Shown: one piece after another, positions 51,461 to 64,000 of the stretch
Layout: each line of letters opens with the position of its first letter
Numbering within the stretch: the stretch's first letter is position 1
NCBI RefSeq assembly: GCF_006345805.1
Contig: NC_042997.1
Coordinates: forward strand, 169,012,001-169,076,000
Length of the DNA stretch: 64,000 nucleotides
Reading direction: 5' to 3'
Source: Octopus sinensis
Lineage: Eukaryota
The notes under the pieces: model-generated
Told to the model about the DNA's origin: nothing
Databases searched by the model: none
What the model saw: the letters and a program-made list of their open reading frames with translations, nothing else
Made by a program: the position numbers and the translations under genes

Positions 51461-52185
51461 ACATACATTATTCCATCATACACAAAATGTGCAAATGCCT
51501 ACAGACACCCAATATAACACCCATTATATTTATGTTATATATTCATGAGCAGCCAAATTGAAGCGCCAACATTGAGTACCTTTAATTCTTTCTTTCGCAG
51601 ATAATGCTGCCCCTTCCTTCCCCATCACCGTACTTCCCTTTCTTTCCTCTCTGCTATAATCACCACAACTGTCATTACTATAACTATGGCTACTACTTAC
51701 AAAATTTGGCTAAGCAAGCAATATATATTGCAGCATAATCTAGCATAACTATCTCTAGCATCTCATGTCTTCATTTCATAAACCACACGCAGTTTATATA
51801 TGAGTTGGTTGTGTCAACGGTCTTCATTGAAAATCATCTTAACTGACTTTGGTTGTCAGAAATTGTCAACTCATTAGAATTGCATTATAATCATTATTAT
51901 TTTTATTTTGTTATAGTTTATTTTACTTACTTTTCTTTTTCTACTTTTATCTCAGTGCCTTGTGGCTGAAGAATAATATTAGTTTGACCTACAACTAAAA
52001 TTGAATGCAGTTTCAGGGCTATTCTTTTGCTTCTGCCAGCTTGCTGGTGTTTTTACCGATCTATTGAAAATGTTCTGTTATTATTAAGAAATTTCTCATT
52101 TGCTTGTTTGATTTATTTATTTATCTATTATTTATTCTTATGGTTACTGTTATTATTTGTATTATTATTATTATCACCATCATCA

Positions 52186-52231
<46 letters not shown>

Positions 52232-52307
52232 CATCTTTATTATTGTTGTTGTTGTTGTTGTTGTTGCGGTTGTTATTGTTGTTTGAACATATGCAATGAA
52301 TCATTAC

Positions 52308-52367
52308 TTTGGGTTTAGGATGGAGATCAAGAAATTTCCATTGCAAACAGATTGGATTCAGAGACAG
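52308..52367 (-). CDS. Putative internal exon (LSLNPICLQWKFLDLHPKPK)
   Basis: Acceptor ttcccaattccatttccag, donor gtaatg, 60 nt, phase 0-0. Confidence 0.27.
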
Positions 52368-54363
52368 CTGGAAATGGAATTGGGAAGTTTGTGTTAAAAT
52401 GGTAATATTTGAATAGCAACAGCAACAATAAAAAAACAACTACAATGAGAAAACAATAACAACTAAAAATACAAAAATAGCAACTAAAATTAAGCAAGAA
52501 TAATGTATCTGCCTGTTGGAATGGTTGGCTGGTCGTTTGGTAATTAAAGTGATATAAAGGGAACAGGTGTAATTGCTAGAGCTCTGAGACAACAGTGAGT
52601 AGAATGAAAGTGAACAAAATCTATCGTGGCTTACAATAAATAAATACTGTGTATGGTTGAACTGATGATACTCAGAGCAAAAGTTATCATTGCTGAAGTA
52701 TTTGATCAACAGATGATAATTAGGACAATGGTGATGATTGGTGACACTATTGCTGCTGCAATTGATCATGGTAATGGTGGTGATGATGATGATGATTTGT
52801 AATGAAAATTGGATGCTGATGGGATGACAATAGGATAATGATGATAATAGTGGTGATTATGATGTTAACGCTGAAGGTGGTGATGGAGTGGGTAATTAGT
52901 ATATACAGAGAATGGTATGATAATGTTAATGATGAGAATGATGATGCTGATACAAATGATGGGGATGCTGAAGAAGAAGGGGAATGTTAGAATGTTGTTT
53001 ATGTTGATAATAATAAATGTCATAATGACCAAGAAAAACAAAAATTATCATGGTGATAATGACAGGGACAATAAAAAACAGAAGTTTATGAAAATGATGA
53101 TGTAAATGATGATGAAAATGATGATAATGATAAAGATGGTGACAACAATGATGATGGCAAGGATAATAATAGCTATGATGACAATGTTAACAACAGTGCT
53201 AATGATGCTGACAAAGAGAATGATGATGATGTTGATGATAATGATCATTATTTTTATCATTTCATCTAAGCACAATATATATCAGAGTAATTCAAGAAGA
53301 ACCAAAACCACCAATTGAAGTAGCTAATGATAATACAAGATAATCATCTCCATCTTGGCATATGTCTACTGAATTCTTTCCAGCTTTTGTCTGTCATCCC
53401 AAGTGTGCATTAATGTTTGATCATGTCTCCTACATTCTTATTTTTGTTTGTTGTCACCTCATCCTCACTCCTATGCAGATGATACCACCCTTTACTCTTT
53501 TCTAAACACTGTGCACATATATCTTCTGCATCTAACCATGACACTTAATGCCAGATGTGCATTCAGAAATGAGAATATAATAATCTAGTCTCTATCAGTA
53601 TCCCCACAAACCAGTTACAACCAATTACAAAAATATATTTACAAAATTGAAGTCTTCTTTAATAAACATTTTATAACTAAAATAGTCAAGGCCTTTACAA
53701 ATGGAAGATCTCTCAATTTCTGGTTATATTTCATGGTCACAATACAACACGCCTTTGACAGCAAAAGCTACATCCCCAAATTCTTCCTTAGGTCTGTAAC
53801 TATACAAAGCATATACACTGCCAGGTTGAAACATTAACCCTACAGCTTAGGTCCTTTCATTCTGCAGGAATCTCAAAATAATTAAAAGGCATGTATGTTT
53901 TCAATTTTTATGAGATTTTCTTGTGTTATTACCTAACAAGGAGTCTCTAAATTTGACATAGCTTTATATAGCTTAGGGCCTCATTAAATCTAAATCAGAA
54001 ACTGAAACACAAGTCTTACTAGATCAAGTTAACATCATTGGTCAAATTAAGACTTGACTTATAACAGGATGTTAGAATAAAACAGGATATATTTTATTTC
54101 TATTTATTTATCTATTTGTATCACTACTGGTGAACGATAGCATCTTTAGCTAAAGGTTTCCAATAAGCCAAGCATTGGTTCATGAAATTACTGCACAGAA
54201 CCTTGGACATGTGTCTTCCACAATAGCCTTATGTTTACCAAAATTTTATAAACACAACTTCAAAGACTGTGTGGAAGTACAGTATATATATATATATAAA
54301 CATCGATGTCTGTTGCTCCAAGAAAGGGCCTGATGTGAGATGTCTCACTTAACTGTAACTTAC

Positions 54364-54412
54364 TTCCAGGTGTTCTTTACACCAGGTGCATAGAGGATAT
54401 ATTTTCTTATAC
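54364..54412 (-). CDS. Putative internal exon (xYKKIYPLCTWCKEHLE)
   Basis: Acceptor attttag, donor gtaagt, 49 nt, phase 2-0. Confidence 0.35.
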
Positions 54413-55444
54413 CTAAAATCTGCAGCCAACACACAAAATAACAACATTCATGCCTTGTATATGTGTGTTTGATTTTGTTTATATATATACTGGACTTCCA
54501 GTACAAATTGTGTTTATAAGATTTTGGTAAACTTAAGGCTATTGTTGAAAACACAGGTCCAAGTAGGATTGAGCTTATAACAACATAATTGCAAAGAGAA
54601 TTTCTTAAGCACAGCCATTTCAGTACTCGTATGAAGCATTATAAAACTGATGCATTCAAACATCAAAGAAAATATTATGACAAATTGCACATTATATGAT
54701 TTTTGAGATTTAAGTACACATATTGTGTACTATATGACTGACACAGTAAAAATAGATTATTACAGAACTTACGGTGGGACTAACTGTAAATTCATTTTTT
54801 ATGGATTATTCATAGGCAGCACTCCTGACCTTTTTGGTAGGGCCTTTGTGTTGAAGAAAAGCAAGAAGAAACCATGATTCAGGGACTATTCTTTGATCAA
54901 GGATCTTGCTTGAATGCTAGCAATACAGTGAACTTCATTAAAGGCACCAAGAGACAGAATGTGGTATTAAACCAGGCAATGGATTAAGTGTAGTACTTAA
55001 GAACAAATGCTGTCCATTCAAAGGAGTTCTGCACAATTTCCATGGACCTAATTTTGCACCCAAATTTTGGGTCAAACTAGGGCTATGGCAGAAGACATTT
55101 ACACAAGGTATTATGATAGAGAGTTCAAACCTTGTACCATAACCAAACCAAAGGGAATAAGTAAAATGTCAAATTTAGATTTCTTACATAGAAAAAGATT
55201 TCTATGGTAAATAACATTGTATAATAATGCCACTTACAATAAAAAAAAAGTAAATATTGATTTCTTACTCACACAAGAGAAACTATGTTATGGTTTCAAA
55301 TGTGTCAATAGCACTTAATGGTGTTCTATGCAACATTTTCTATCTCTGTTTCCATACACCGTGGCTTTATCATTTTATTTTATCTCTGCTTCTATATCTC
55401 CAAACACTATGCCTTATGTATATGCTCTTTCTGTGTATTCTATG

Positions 55445-55600
55445 TGTGTAGGCATGGCTGAATGGTTAAGAAGTTCACTGAACTTCTGGGTCAAATTCTG
55501 TTCTGCGGTATCTTGGACAAGTGTCTTTTACCCTGGCCTAAGATCAACCCAAGCCATATGAATGAAATTGGGTGTATGATAATTGTAGGGAAACGTTTCA
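55445..55600 (+). mobile_element. SINE family B head, degenerate
   Basis: gtaggcatggctgaatggttaag...cttggacaagtgtcttt. Confidence 0.6.
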
Positions 55601-55824
55601 GATGGATTATTCTGGTAACTCAATTCATTCAACCTTGTCACACACTATGTCATGCTGATTCAGGCTGAGGACTACATTAAGCTCTTACAAGCTAATTCAA
55701 TGAGCAGGTAGTTCATTGTCAAAATACAATCATCAAAATTAGTAGAGGTTCAATTTATTTTATTTTTCACCTTATTATGCCCTTAATCAAAATTACATTT
55801 CTTGAAATTGACTCTAAGAAGTAA

Positions 55825-56092
55825 GAGAAAAATGCTCAGGAGCAAGAATATTGGAGATCCATTACCAACTTTTGAGATCAGTAGGACAGCCAAACAAGAA
55901 GAAAAGAGGAAGTGCAAAAAGAACTTAGACAAGAACAACTAAGAAAGGACCTTCCATCCAGAACTACATGTCTCACTTGTGGAAGAAATTTCTGAGCAAG
56001 AACTGGACACATCAGTCATCTCAGAATCCATCAATAACAATAAAAAGTAAACAAAGACAACCATCCATGACCTTGAGGGATGGCCACAAGGT
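55825..56092 (+). mobile_element. RTE (BovB-like) LINE 3' end with terminal C2H2-like motif
   Basis: TCLTCGRNF*ARTGHISHLRIH followed by the hairpin catccatgaccttgagggatg. Confidence 0.7.
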
Positions 56093-58912
56093 CATCTACA
56101 TTATAGCTACACTTGATCTTTTTAATGTATTTCTATACCAAATTCCTATTTCTATGCTTTTATATTTTATCCTCTGTGATGCTTGAATTTTCTTTCTCTG
56201 TGCCTAAGTATCATATCTATATATCCATGCTATTTGTTGTAACTTATATCAAATGCTATAGCTACTTTTTAAAGTCTTTATCTGTTTTTATCTAATTCTC
56301 TATGTTATATCTCTGTAGTCTATTTCCAATACTTTATATTATCTCCCTTTATTATCTGATAAATCTAATACTTTCTATTATCAACAATTTAAATATTATG
56401 CTTTTTGATATAGTAAAATGATTCTTATCAAATGAAGCTATTTAGTTCAGTTTTGATACTCTTTTGTCACTCTACCCAGCAGTAATGCAGTGAAATAGTG
56501 ATTGGTCTGTTTGAAAACTCTAACCAATGATGAGATTGTTCACATTTTGATATAAGCAAATAAAAAATCTATTATTGTTTGTGTGCAAGCTCTGTAGAAA
56601 AACAGGTAAATTCCCTGCAAGGAAAGTCCTCATTATAATTTCTATCCTTGGTTGATTCTATTTCACTTAGCTTCACTAATAGCACTAATTCTCTTAGGAA
56701 TTTTGTGAAAGTTACATTTATTATTATTCTATTTTGAAATTTTATGTCTTTTTTGCTGAATTTGAAAGAACCAAATATCATTAGTAACTTTAACAAATTT
56801 GGATAAATTTGGCTGTAGTGAAGAAATGAGGTCACTTATGTTTCAAGTAATGTACATTGTAAGAGAACCAAAATTTGTTTTAATGAAGCAGTGAGCATAT
56901 AACTGTACCTGTCTACTCAGTGCTACCATAAACATTTTAAAAACTTTTCTGTCACTAGTAATGGGTTTTGCTCAAAACATCAGTAACTACATCATGTTAT
57001 GGTATATAGACTTTTCTAAATTTGAAAACCTCATTAAATGATTTTTGCCAGTGCAGTTCACTATTTGTTTCCTAATACTGGTTTTCATATTCAATATTAT
57101 TAGTGTTTATATTTTCTAATTTTGGCAATGAAAATAATATAGGTAGTAGGGATAAGTGTTTTTCCAGATGTGTATCCTTGCAACTGATAACCATTACAGT
57201 GTGTAAAATAGGTGGGAATTGTCTTGTAGCCAAGTCTTTTGCCTGGCTCCAGAGTATGAACAATACATGTCTAAATTTCTTGGGCAAGTTAAAAAGTATA
57301 ATTTTTTTAGATTATTAACCTCATCTTTAAAGATAAAAGATGGTTCAATACTTAGATTTACTTGATGTTTTGATTTATTTGATCTCTGATTATCATCTCT
57401 GAGTATCTTATTTTTGGATGAGGACATATTATTCATGATTCAAAACAGGATTTTTAATTTTAAGCTAAATTTTATGCACTTGGTCACAGACACATGTACA
57501 AGGAATAAGACACCTGATGACAATCAGAGATATTGTTCACCATAATGCAATGAAGGTGCAAATAATGAAAACTGTTTTCCTTTCTGAAGATGAAGTTATC
57601 AATCTGGAAAATGATAATTTCATGATATAATACTTTGAATTCATTAACACAAGAACAATATACCATCATACGCTCTGACATAACACCTGACCAGCATTTA
57701 ACTGGATCTTATAAAAACAATTACATAAAGTGGAATTTGTTGGGGTTTCTGTGAAGAGAAGGAATATCTAGTGAGTTGTTCAGTATCTGTTTACTACCAA
57801 CAAGCCTACTTATAACCACTTATCAACCTATCACTAACATATCTCTAATCCCATCAGTAGCCACAGTAATATTTCACATTAAATAGACACCCACATAACC
57901 ATTAACAACCCTATCATTTTCCATTAATCAACCAATCAATTATAACACCATACTCTTGCCTCAAAACACTGAAATACTGTTTCACACTGGCACAAAGCCA
58001 AAGATTTGCAGAGATGAATTATAATCAAATTTATCAGCCCCAGTACATGACAGGTATGTATTTTATCAACTGTGATTGAATAAAAGGCAGTAATAGCTTT
58101 TTTAAAGTAGTTAAATATCTTACCTAAGAAAATAAGGAAATTATCAACAGTAAGATGTGCACTCACAACTAAGAGTGCCTCTACTCAATTCCTACCTAAA
58201 CAAATAACAAAGAACCAGAAATTATAATTGTAACATCTATAATGCTAGAAAATATAATTGGCAATTCAAATGACCAAATTATATTTCAAATATTTGAATA
58301 GAATAAATAGATTTATACTCTCCACTGATATGAGATTTTAATTATTTTCTAATGATAATGAGACAACAAATCTGAACAGTTTTATTATGAAAACCAAACA
58401 GTATTTAATTAAAAATCACATTTCATTAAATTAACTCTACACTCTTAGAAAACAAATATTTAAGAACAAAATAATTGAGAGAAGCTGCAAAAAGTTTCTG
58501 AAGACTGTTAGCTTCCATTTTGTTCTCTCCCTCCTCAGCAAGTTGGGAATATAAACATAATGGCAGCAGCTAAAAAGTAAGGCCATTACTTGATTGTTTT
58601 TTTAAAACATGAGCAGCACAGAACTGGCATTTTAGTCCTGGACTTAACTTTTTTGCAGAGACATGGCAACAATAGCCACCTTTTGCAGTAAGTGTTACTG
58701 TGTTGTTTTGGTGAATCTTCCTATATTTCAGTCTGCCTCTTGGCACACATTCTTTTCCACACTCTTTGCAAACAGAGATACCATATAATGCATATATAAC
58801 AACTTGTGTATGTGTGTGTGCATGTATGTGTGTGTGTGTAGCTTCTCTGATATCTTTTAGACAGGCATAACCACACTCATTACATGCTAAATCAGGCTGT
58901 GTCCCAACTTAC

Positions 58913-59010
58913 TCATTCAAATTAACATCAAAGCTGTTACAAACATTTCTCTTGAGCTTTTGAATGCTAGATACAAATTTGTGTTGAAAGACCCTTTGGG
59001 ATAGAAAGAG
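58913..59010 (-). CDS. Putative internal exon (LFLSQRVFQHKFVSSIQKLKRNVCNSFDVNLNx)
   Basis: Acceptor atacttcag, donor gtaagtt, 98 nt, phase 0-2. Confidence 0.3.
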
Positions 59011-59118
59011 CTGAAGTATACCAGTGAGACTTGAAGCCACATCTCCAGTAGATATGTGCGTATGTATGAATATTATATCTATCTGTGTGTGTATGCAGGA
59101 ATGCATACATACATACAT

Positions 59119-59199
<81 letters not shown>

Positions 59200-59210
59200 T
59201 ACATACATGT

Positions 59211-59900
59211 ATACGAGAAGTGGTTTGAAACGGTCATACCCTGACTATGAAGGAGTGATGCTTGAGCTGTGAAATCTTACATGCATCAATTTCAAGTCTT
59301 CATATAAATAACTGCATTTCATGTTGCTCCAGTTCATTCAGCTGTAGAAATGAATTGTGATGTGACTGGTGCTAAGCTGTATCAGCCTTTGTCTTTCCCT
59401 TGGATAATATCAGTGGCTGGTTTGCATGGGCAACTGCTGGTCTTCCATAAAAACAACCTTGCCTGGACTTGTGTTTCAGAGGGAAACTTTTTAGGTGCTA
59501 TCCCATGGTCATTCATGACAAAGTGGGGTCTAAAATTTTTTCCCAGGTAAACTTACACCCGACAATTCAAAGAAGACTTCAAAAGTAACTAGTAGCAACT
59601 TCTCTTGACAAAATTTGGTATCCTGCTATTATCAAGTTCCCACATAGAAATGGTTTAGACCCCACCATCGCCACCTCCAATGACATTCTTACTGACATGG
59701 TTGCTACATTTAGGGATGACACTCCAGCTTTATCAACAGTGCAAAAGCGGGCAGCTGAAGTTAGGAGGGAGAAACAGAGTCTTGAAGATGACCCAAGGTC
59801 TGAACATCCTGCAACTGCCACCACCGAAGAAAACATTGAGTGAATTCACCACATGACGATAGATGACTATAAATCAAATAGCCAATGCTCTTAGCATACC
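59211..59900 (+). mobile_element. Mariner 5' part (degenerate N-terminal HTH)
   Basis: DMVATFRDDTPALSTVQKRAAEVRREKQSLEDDPRSEHPATATTEENIE; begins tacgag after TA-rich flank. Confidence 0.8.
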
Positions 59901-60184
59901 CTATTAGATTAAATTATTTTAAGAAAGAGCTAAATGTGCTTTCTCCAAATCCAACTTATTAGTATCACAGTGAAGATTCATTAGATGAATAAATGCACAT
60001 ACTTGGGAGTGTACATCAACAGTTTATCAAATACACCAACTGAACCACATATTTACAAACACCTTGTTGATTTGTTTGTGGCCAGCTTCAACTCTCTTAG
60101 CATACATATATACATAAACATATATATATACATACATGCATACACACACATACACACACACGCACACACATACACATGCACAAT

Positions 60185-60342
60185 GACCATCTTTCAGTTT
60201 CTGTCTCCCAAATCCATTTAGAAAGCTTTGGTCTGGATAGGCCAATAGCAGAATAGTAGAAGGTACTTTGCCCAACGCGTTGTGCTGGGAGACTGAATCT
60301 AGAAATATATGGCAGTAAAGTGAACTTCTTAACCACACAACT
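60185..60342 (-). mobile_element. SINE family B head
   Basis: ctttcagtttctgtctcccaaatcc...actttgcccaacg. Confidence 0.65.
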
Positions 60343-60584
60343 ATCATCATCATCATTATCATTCTTTTATGTTTGCTTTCTCTTTTGTGCATCACATTGC
60401 AGTGTTCTCTCTCATACTTTACACCCAATTCTTCTTGCTTACAGTTTTCTCTCAACTCTTTAATATTTTGTCATACATGCATTCAGCTCCAAACCAAAAT
60501 TGCACACCCAGCAAAGCATGTTTGCTTCATTTCATTCTAGTCTCCATAAATCTTCTATATTCAAAGTTTATGTCTTGATACCGT

Positions 60585-61040
60585 GCAGGTGTGATTGTTG
60601 TGGTAAGTAGTTTGCTTTGCAGCTACATGGTTCTGGGTTCAATCCCACTGTGTGGAATCTTGGGCAAGTGTCTTCTGATATACTCCTGGGCTGATCAAAT
60701 CCTTCTGAGTAGATTTGGAAGATGAAAACATCCCATTATACATACATATATGTTATGTGTGTGTGTGTGACTAAGCATGTGTGTGTGTGCACATGCACAT
60801 CTGTGATGCTGTCTACTTGCCTTAACATTGCAAGCATTATCCCTCATTTCTAAACTTCTATGGAAACACATCTGGTTATGAGAAAATATGACCTTACTCG
60901 GAAACAAATTAAAGTTGATTACAGGAAGAGCATCCAGCTGTAGAAAAATCTGCCTCAAAAATTCCAATGAGAGCTTGAAAAAGTAAGGGAAGTAAATGTG
61001 AAAACAATGATGACGGTGATGATGTTGATAATGTTGATGA
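60585..61040 (+). mobile_element. SINE family B head joined to an RTE-like tail
   Basis: Head with cttgggcaagtgtcttct; 3' acaggaagagcatccagctgtagaaa matches the RTE 3'UTR at 44291-44315; (GAT)n tail. Confidence 0.6.
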
Positions 61041-61067
61041 TGATATATGTGTATGTATGTATGTGTG

Positions 61068-61107
<40 letters not shown>

Positions 61108-61308
61108 TTGAAGCCAATGGCAATTTTATTGACTATATGTATATGTGTGTGTATGTATGTGTATATATATATATGTGTATATATGTGTGTGTGTGTTTGT
61201 ATGTATGTATGTCTATATATATATAGACATGCATACACACATACATATATGTATATATTCATACATACGGATATATGATATATACATACATATATATATA
61301 TATTTATA

Positions 61309-62200
61309 CAGGGTGCAATGGGTAAATTGTCGCAATTTCATATTTTTAATTTTGCACGTGTGCATTGTTTGTTTTTCATTTTGTCAGACTACACTATATA
61401 GTAGGGTCAACTGGGCACCGTCTGTTAGAAAAACACCACTATGACACAATTCACTCGGCCAGAAATTTGGAAACAACATGTTGTACTGCTTGGCATTCAC
61501 ACCAGAAGCTCCAGTACAAACATTTCAGAGTGTTTGGGTGTCAATCTAAGGACAGTGCAATCTAAGGACATGTACTGGGTGTGATAAAGATCAAACATCC
61601 TGTCAACATCATGGTGTCTGGAGTGATCACTAGTAATGGCAACATTATGCCTCCATTCATCTTCCAACATGTCCTCACACTCAACATGGGGGCCTACATC
61701 AGGTGCCTGGGGGAGGTAGTGCTGCCTTTGATCAAGAGGGTGGCTGCTAGAAGACCCTATGTCTGGCAATAGGACTCTGCACTATGCCACACAAGCAGGA
61801 GTACCCAGTCATGGCTGTCAGACAATTTCTGCAAGCACATCACCCCTAACATCTGACCACCTAAGCCCCTAGACTGCAACTCCTTTGATTATTATGCGTG
61901 AAGTGCAGTTGAGCGAGAGACTAACAGAACTCTTTGTAAGACAAAAGGTGAAATGAAGGCAAGGATTATGGCAACATCCACCAGCTTAAACAAAGAGACT
62001 GTCCAGAAGAGTTGCAGGAGATTCTGAAGTCGTCTGGAGGATGTGGTTGAAGCCAATGGCGATTCTATTGAATGAATTTACTCTTTCATATTTCAAGATA
62101 TTGTTATGTAATTTTGGTTTATATACATCTGTTAAAATGAGATGTCAGTGTTATTTTCCTTTTTGTGTAATTTAGACAACAGTTTATTAACTGCAGCCTG
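61309..62200 (+). mobile_element. maT (DD37D) Tc1/mariner element, internally deleted
   Basis: TA flanks, degenerate TIRs cagg(g/c)tgca; HPVNIMVSGVITSNG, Q*DSALCH...PLDCNSFDY with 37 residues between the last two catalytic Asp. Confidence 0.88.
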
Positions 62201-63016
62201 TATATGCATACACACACACACATACATATACATGTGTGTGTGTATACACATATATATATGAGTGTGCTCACATATAAACACACACAGAAAGACCCTAACT
62301 TTTATATGCTAGTGCAAAAATCAGATTTTCGTTAATGCACATAAAATAAGCTGCAGTTGTATGTCAAAGGAGTAAATGATTTGGTGTGTGTACTGTATTA
62401 TTAGTGCCATCCACCAATCATGAGATAGTTCTTTTAAATATTGCTCTCTTGGGATTCTTTTTTACTTTCTTTCATTTTTTTCATCTCTGGGGAATACAAA
62501 CAGATTATGTGTCAATTGAATAACTGTTCATGTACATTGATATTACATTCATTAGATAAATGAGCATAAGATACAGTGATTCCTTATTGCAAAAGATATA
62601 AATGTACATATGTGTGTTCGTATTTCATGTGTTTGTGTGTGTGTGTGTGCATGTACTTTCATAAGCGTGGGCTTATGTACAAATGTGTGTATCTATGTGG
62701 CTATATGTGTGTGTGTGTATGTATTTGTGTATGCATGCGTGTGTGTGTGCACATGTGTGTACACATGTATTTGTGAAATTGTTATCTGATAGGTTAATAT
62801 ATTATTTAAACAGCAGACAAAGTGATGTACTACTATGTTGTAATAAACGCTGGAAAATGAGGTGTTAGAAAATAGACATATAAAGCCAAATGTGTTATAT
62901 TTATACATTAATGTACAGCTGAATATGATAGGCAGCTTGATATGATTGTATGTTTTCAATAAATTAAATACACAACATGGTCTCAGTTCGCAACCAATTG
63001 CAGCCATATCACTTAC

Positions 63017-63069
63017 TTTCTTATGTCTTTTTTTGCAAAACATTAAATGTGTCCATTTTCTCTCTTTTT
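63017..63069 (-). CDS. Putative internal exon (xKERKWTHLMFCKKRHKK)
   Basis: Acceptor gtcttacgtttatag, donor gtaagtga, 53 nt, phase 1-0. Confidence 0.3.
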
Positions 63070-63198
63070 CTATAAACGTAAGACTTGTTACATAATTAAG
63101 AATTATTGCACAGTCAATTAACTAAGTCCAAAAAATGTTGTGAGCTGGTAGTGTTAGATACATGTGGTAGAAAATATCTAAAGAACATAAAAGAGCAA

Positions 63199-64000
63199 TC
63201 AGGTCATCAAGTATGAAATTTGTAGAAAAGGGGAAAAAGTTTGCTAATGTTTTATAAATACAAGGAATAGTTTTATTCATCGAAGTATGCACCCATATTG
63301 TCAATACGCTTTTGTTATTTCAGCGGTAGCTTTTCTAGCCTGGCACGTAAAAGCCTGGCAATTTAGAGTCAATAAAATCTTGGAAGGCCTGTTTTACAGC
63401 ATTGTTGGAATTAAATTTTTTCCCTATTGAAAAGTTATCCAAATTGTGGAAGAAGTGGTAGTCAGTGGAGGCAAGATCAGGTGAGTATGGTAGATGATGC
63501 AGAACTTCCAACTCCAACTTCTGTAGTTTCGCCAAAGTCATTTTTGTGATGTGTGATCTGGTGTTGCCTTGCAGTAAAATAGGAGTGGATCTGTTGACTA
63601 ATCTAGGTTGGTCTTTTTTTTTGTAAGTTTCTGCATCATTTGGTCCAGTTGGTAGTAGTATACTTCAGCCATGATTGATGAGCCAGGTTTAATGAAATCA
63701 TAATAGATCAAATCTCTGTCAGATCACCAAACACACCATCGGTTTCTTTTGATGAATTTTGCATTTTGGACTGTGTTTTGGTGACCCATCTTTGTCCAAC
63801 CATTGTGCTGAATGTTTACAGTTATTGTATTGGATCCATTTCTCATCACATGTTGCAATTCAATTCAAAAATGATTCATTTTTGTGATGAGAAATAAAAG
63901 CATAAGGCAAGCTTCCAAATGTTGCTGTTTCAGATCTTTATTGAGTTCATGTTGAACCCACTTATCCAGCTTTTTCACTTTACTAGGTGAATCAATATTG
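63199..64000 (-). mobile_element. Mariner, degenerate, runs off the window end
   Basis: LEVLHHLPYSPDLASTDYHFFHNL; terminal tcaggtcatcaagtatgaaatt resembles the TIR at 30256. Confidence 0.9.

Noticed and set aside
51590-51635. Acceptor followed by DNAAPSF (cadherin-like DNAPxF)
   Set aside because: Too short; cephalopod protocadherin ectodomains are encoded by long exons, and no such ORF is present.
57484-57681. Open frames on both strands with a possible minus-strand acceptor
   Set aside because: Donor is weak and the frame ambiguous; cannot be distinguished from chance.
42571-63069. Naming the putative gene (faint resemblance of some peptides to kinetochore proteins)
   Set aside because: The similarity is at noise level by eye; no gene symbol can be supported without a database search.

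Overview
Repeat-dense, AT-rich animal genomic DNA. The repeat repertoire points to an octopus genome (inference): tRNA-derived SINEs resembling the described octopus OK/OR families, RTE, CR1 and R4/Dong LINEs, mariners and very abundant microsatellites. No complete protein-coding gene is recognisable. Most ORFs in the track are microsatellite artefacts, and the real coding remnants are transposon proteins. A 100-N gap at 39445-39544 separates a CpG-retaining left part from a strongly CpG-depleted right part. The right part looks like a methylated gene body and has weak minus-strand exon candidates. The most notable system is a set of R4/Dong REL-endonuclease retrotransposons from about four subfamilies, one apparently very young, all inserted in (TAA)n tracts. 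A 560-bp non-coding element shares that target, and one copy is fused to a Dong 3' end, suggesting a non-autonomous partner. Other highlights: two minimal hammerhead-ribozyme-like motifs in Penelope-like repeats, a mariner unit made of two right ends, an inverted RTE pair recording CpG decay, and a CCAAT/YY1 promoter-like cluster. All comparisons were made by eye and boundaries of degenerate repeats are approximate.
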